Source of the DNA: Gonapodya sp. JEL0774
Taxonomy: Eukaryota
Reading direction: 5' to 3'
DNA length: 38,055 nt
Assembly: GCA_027604505.1 (NCBI GenBank)
Contig: JADIIX010000178.1
Span: 1-38,055 of the forward strand
Within the stretch, counting starts at the first letter, position 1. Each line of letters starts with the position of its first letter. Below, one piece after another: positions 33,952 through 38,055 of the stretch. The notes beneath the pieces are model-generated. The model did not search any database. It was not told where the DNA came from and was given only the letters and a program-made list of their open reading frames with translations. Position numbers and translations under genes: made by a program.

Positions 33952-36784
33952 ATGGGCGCATTCGACTCCCCTGCCCATGCCGAGACAGCTCCTGATGCCG
34001 AGACCGGTCCGGACGCGGACGACCAGCAGTTTCTGCCAACTGCACTTGGCCGAGTCAATGAACTGGTGCTGGCTCAAGTCAATATCCAGTACTCCCACGA
34101 CAACCAATTTTCTGGACTTGCTGGTGCTGGTGGTCCTGATGCTGGAGTTGCAGTTGGTGCCGCCGCATCGTCCTCCTCCGCCTTCCCCTACCCCTCGCAC
34201 CAAGACCACCCAGACACACAGGAACCAGACCAAGACGCCGCCCAGTCCCTGCAACACGACATGTTCTTGTCCGCCGTCGAAGAAATCGTCATATCTCTCC
34301 TGCTCACCGCCGTCGCAGGTGAAAAGGCCATACTCCTGCTCGCCAGCCACGGCAACGCCAGCACCGTCGCTCGTCTCGTCGCCCTCGTCGCTCACGCTGC
34401 GTTCGCCTTACCCGCACTCTGCTTCCGCGCCGACTCCTCCACCACACCGGACGCCTTCGTCACCAGCATGTTCGTCACCTCCATCAGGCGCAGGATCGCT
34501 TCTCTCGACTCCTCATCCCTCTCCCTCCACGCCCACAACCACAACACTCCCGCTTCTCCCCTTGAATCCCACCTTGGATCCCTCTCTTCACCCCTCCACC
34601 ACTCATCGGCATCCTGGCACAGATCCCGAGACGTGTCCTTCGCCTCCTCCCGATCCCAGCTTCTCTCCTCACTCGCCTTCCCTGCCTCCGCCTCTGCATC
34701 AGCAGGTCCCCTTGCTGCTCCCACCAGCAACGCCGCCACCGGCACCGCCACGACCTCCCCCACCGCCTTCCTCGCCTCGGACGACCGCTTCTCTCCCTCA
34801 ACCCACTCTTTCCCATCCTCATCTGACCGCTTCATCCTCTCAGACCTCACTCCAGGCACCCAGCACCCCCCGGGCGGCCTCGCCGGGTCACTCTCCAACA
34901 CCGGCACACCCACACCACCGTTCGCCCAGTCCCACCACCACAGGTTCCCCGCCGCCACCACCGCGTCCAGCACCTCCTCTGCCCACCACCACCCTGCCAA
35001 CCCTCACTCCCACTCGGCATCCTCACCGCTCCCATCCTCCCTAACCCAACCCATCTCCAACTCCCACCCACACCCTCAGTTGCACCCCCCCCGCGCCAAA
35101 AAGTTCCCCTCGGCCCGAGACGGTCTTGCCGCCCCCGGCGCCCCCGGCGAGGACCGCGACCGCGACCGGTCTGTCTGGGACAGGGATAGGGACAGGAAAC
35201 TCGCCAGTGTGGTGGTCGTGGAGTGGGACGGGGTGGTTGATAAGGCAGTGCAGGGATGTATCATCGAGGTGGGTTCGCGGTGGGGGGGGGGGGGGGAGGG
35301 GGGGGTGGTGTGGGGGGGAAGGAGTCGGCGGGGGGCGGGCGTTTTGGGGGATGAGGGACCGGGTGGTGCGGTGTTGTGGCGGGATGGGATGTGTGGGCAG
35401 GCACGGGGGCACTCGGCGTGCGGGATGGGGGAGTCGGGCGTCGCAAACCTCTCACACCAGGGGCCACATGGTGCCACTTTCTCGTCCCCCACACACACTT
35501 CCCCCCTCCCGCTCCCCCTCCACCTCCCCCCTCCCCCGTCTCGGCTCAGACTCTCGTCCGCAACCGTGCGGCCACCCCTGACGGCGTCTCCCACAACCTT
35601 CCCAAACCGTTCTGCCTGGTCGTCGTGGCGGCCACGCCGGATGGGGACGATCGGGACAAGGATATGGGGGGAGGCAGTGGCGCGGGGCTGGTTATGGGGA
35701 TGGTGGGTTGCGGGTGCGCGGTGGAGGAGGTGGTGTAGGGTCAGTAGGGGACAGGCCGGGAGCCCCGCACCTCACGCGCCAAGGACACGACAGGCAAGCA
35801 CGGATCAAAGCGGCGACCTGAGAATCCGCGGTGCTGAACACGATATTGTTTCGATATGGACATGACGTGAAGATGTACTCTGTGCTGTTTCCCGTCTCAC
35901 CCGTCCGCCTCCTCGCTCTTTCCCCTTCCCCGGACCCACTCAGGCCGACCAACTCTTCCTCTCCAACGACATGTCCCACCTGACCGTGCCCGAGTTCTCT
36001 GTGAGGCACACTCCAACGGGCGCGGGCGGCGTGGGGAGTAGCGTGGGTACAGGGTCGCTCGGAGTGGGACTGGGAGGCGGACTCGGACTGGGGCTCGGAC
36101 TGGGATCGACACAAGCGCAGGCGGGGGACGAGCCGGTGGTTGGAGCGCAGGTACGTGAGTCCAGGAAGGACGATGTGCCACATGCGGACCCGGCGTCGTC
36201 CATACGCAGCCCCACTCACGGAACCCCACACATCCTCGCACACCCTTTGGCAACCCCCGCACTCCCCATGGCCGACCCTCCCCCTCTCCCTCCTTCCCTC
36301 CGGCCATACCCAGCACCTCGCCCACCTCCGCCAGCAACACACGCTGCTCGTCAGCACCATGCACCACACCGTGGACGCCTACATCGCGGATATCCTCGTC
36401 GGGATACGGAACAAGCCTCTTGTTGTCATCGGACCATGGGCCGGCGCGGGGGGGAAGGTGAGGGCCGGCGCAGGGTGAGTGGGTGGGGGCGGCGGAGGTG
36501 TGATTCGTGTTGTCGGTGCCGGCGGATGCAAGCAAGAGAACATCCCGAGTTTCGAGTACGCTCATGGCCCATCATCGCGCCCCCATCCTCCACTCAGCGC
36601 GCTTGCGGCACTCTTTGGAGCACCTTTTGTGACCCCGACGCACGTGGACACCGTGGCGGACAAGACCCTTTCCCACCGGATGGTCGTGGCCACCACGCGG
36701 ATGGTGGGGGATGCGAGGGAGGCGAGGGGGGCAAGAGAGGTGGTGAGGGACGTGGTGGAGGAGGTGGGTGGGGGGTGGGGATGA
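33952..36784 (+). CDS. MoxR-like AAA+ domain protein with degenerate Walker motifs
   Basis: Exons 33952-35268, 35550-35702, 35944-36150, 36314-36474, 36599-36784 join in frame. MoxR-like blocks: EEIVISLLLTAVAGEKAILL; LASVVVVEWDGVVDKAVQGCIIETLVRNRAATPDGVSHNLPKPFCLVV; VDAYIADILVGIRNKPLVVIG; ALAALFGAPFVTPTHVDTVADKTLSHRM (lid). Confidence 0.75.
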
Positions 36785-37233
36785 AGGGGTTGTGAGGGAG
36801 GGACCACTCCCAGGGACGCTCCGTGCGTCATACTGAGCTATAATATACCCAACTGAATGGAAGGAATGGCCTTCATTGAATGTACATAATGATTATAATA
36901 GTAAGTGGGGGAAAAGAAAGCGAACAAAAGTATCGTGCGCCTATGATACATTGGGTATGGCACTTTTTCGGCTTGTGTGTTAGTAACGCCTCCACGTGGA
37001 TTTTACGTGTGCTTCTCTCCTTTCTTACTTCGGAACATGTGCGGCGGAATATGGGGGGGAGCGGGAGTGAGTGTCGTCCCAGAGAGGAACCAAAATCGAT
37101 CACGGAAATAACGTCTACTTGGCGGTCCCAAAAGCTGCAAGGAAATAAAAAACGTGGATGAGCATAAAGCCGGGCATAGACCCTACGCTGACTAAACTGA
37201 AGCGGGGGCGCCTACACCCACGTTTTGGAGCAC

Positions 37234-37615
37234 TCATGGCCCGCGACCTAGGCCTCGAAAACTGCGGTACGTATCGCCACGATTCCACGGAGACTGAGGG
37301 GCGACGGGGCTTGAATATGAAATGCTGGTTCTCCTGAATACGTACAGTGGGTGGCGGCGTGACAGGTCCGTCGGCAATGCTGCAAAATGAGGGGTACCCA
37401 CCTCGATAAAGCCACCCGCGAAGTATTCACCGACCGGCCCAGCACTGGGTGTGGTCGAGCCGGATCGCTCGGGGGTCTGGTGTCGGGCAAGGGAAGCAAG
37501 CGGAGTATGTGTCAGCCACAGGCGACCGTGATACAGCGGTACCAGGGACAACTGACGGCCTTACCGAGGCAGCGCTCTGGGTGTTGTCTTCGGCGATAAA
37601 GTTTTCAGCGTTCAT
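37234..37615 (-). CDS. Putative small spliced protein of unknown function (3' end uncertain)
   Basis: aaaaccATG at 37615. Three phase-0 exons (37615-37565, 37476-37402, 37293-37234) with gtaagg/gtgggt donors and cag acceptors give MNAENFIAEDNTQSAAS-TPERSGSTTPSAGPVGEYFAGGFIE-SPWNRGDTYRSFRGLGRGP. No family recognised. Confidence 0.35.
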
Positions 37616-38055
37616 GGTTTTGATGGAGCAGACGAAGCCTGGTTTGAGATCTCGCTTAAAGCGGAGAGATCGGAATTCAGGGTCCCCGACCACTTAGGGT
37701 GCCACCACATATCAGCGCATGTACTAGAAACCCGCATTTCTACAAAGCAACACTGGGGCTGGGGCGTATTGCTCAGTACAATACCGGACATATACAGTCA
37801 AAACTGGCGAAGCAGCGATATTGTTTTCGCGAGAGTCTGTGCGCAAGGTTCCTGTCCGTGTGGGATCATAATATATAATAGAAAGCAGATGCAGCTATGA
37901 TTGATTTGGAAGTTTTGAACAGACGGAGTAGAGAGGACGAAGGGGGAGGGGGGGGAGTGGAAGGGGGCAGAAAAGGATTGTGCTGAGACCGGTTGAGGAC
38001 CATGATGTTGGATCTTGGTCCAGGAACTAATAAAATCGGAAAGACGACTTGTACG

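Noticed and set aside
5521..36784. Functional gene cluster linking CatSper-beta, UHRF1, WS/DGAT and neighbours
   Set aside because: The functions are unrelated and nothing in the sequence indicates co-regulation; synteny data would be needed.
33802..36831. Alternative long ORFs overlapping the MoxR-like gene (e.g. 33854-35044, 35692-36369)
   Set aside because: Low-complexity shadow frames caused by the strong G/C skew.

Overview
Eukaryotic, intron-rich genomic DNA with GT..AG introns of about 50-400 nt, so most entries in the supplied ORF track are exon fragments or shadow frames. Gene content points to an early-diverging flagellated fungus (chytrid or monoblepharid-like); this is inference. 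From left to right: a degenerate segmentally duplicated region (1-5470); a molybdenum cofactor sulfurase (+); a convergent CatSper-beta sperm Ca2+-channel auxiliary subunit homolog (-); a Pho80/Pcl-type cyclin (-); a WS/DGAT acyltransferase (-); a two-finger C2H2 transcription factor with 13-aa repeats (-); a multi-domain UHRF1-like gene (UBL, MIU-like helix, PHD, SRA, RING) (-); two tandem paralogs encoding about 4 TM helices plus a divergent SH3 (-); a MoxR-like AAA+ protein with degenerate Walker motifs (+); and a possible tiny spliced gene (-). The most notable items are the CatSper-beta gene with an extra PKD-like module, the animal-like UHRF1 with an MIU-like motif where the tandem Tudor normally sits, and a G/C skew phase-locked to splice sites in two genes. 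Exon models were assembled by eye and family calls rest on remembered motifs, not database searches.
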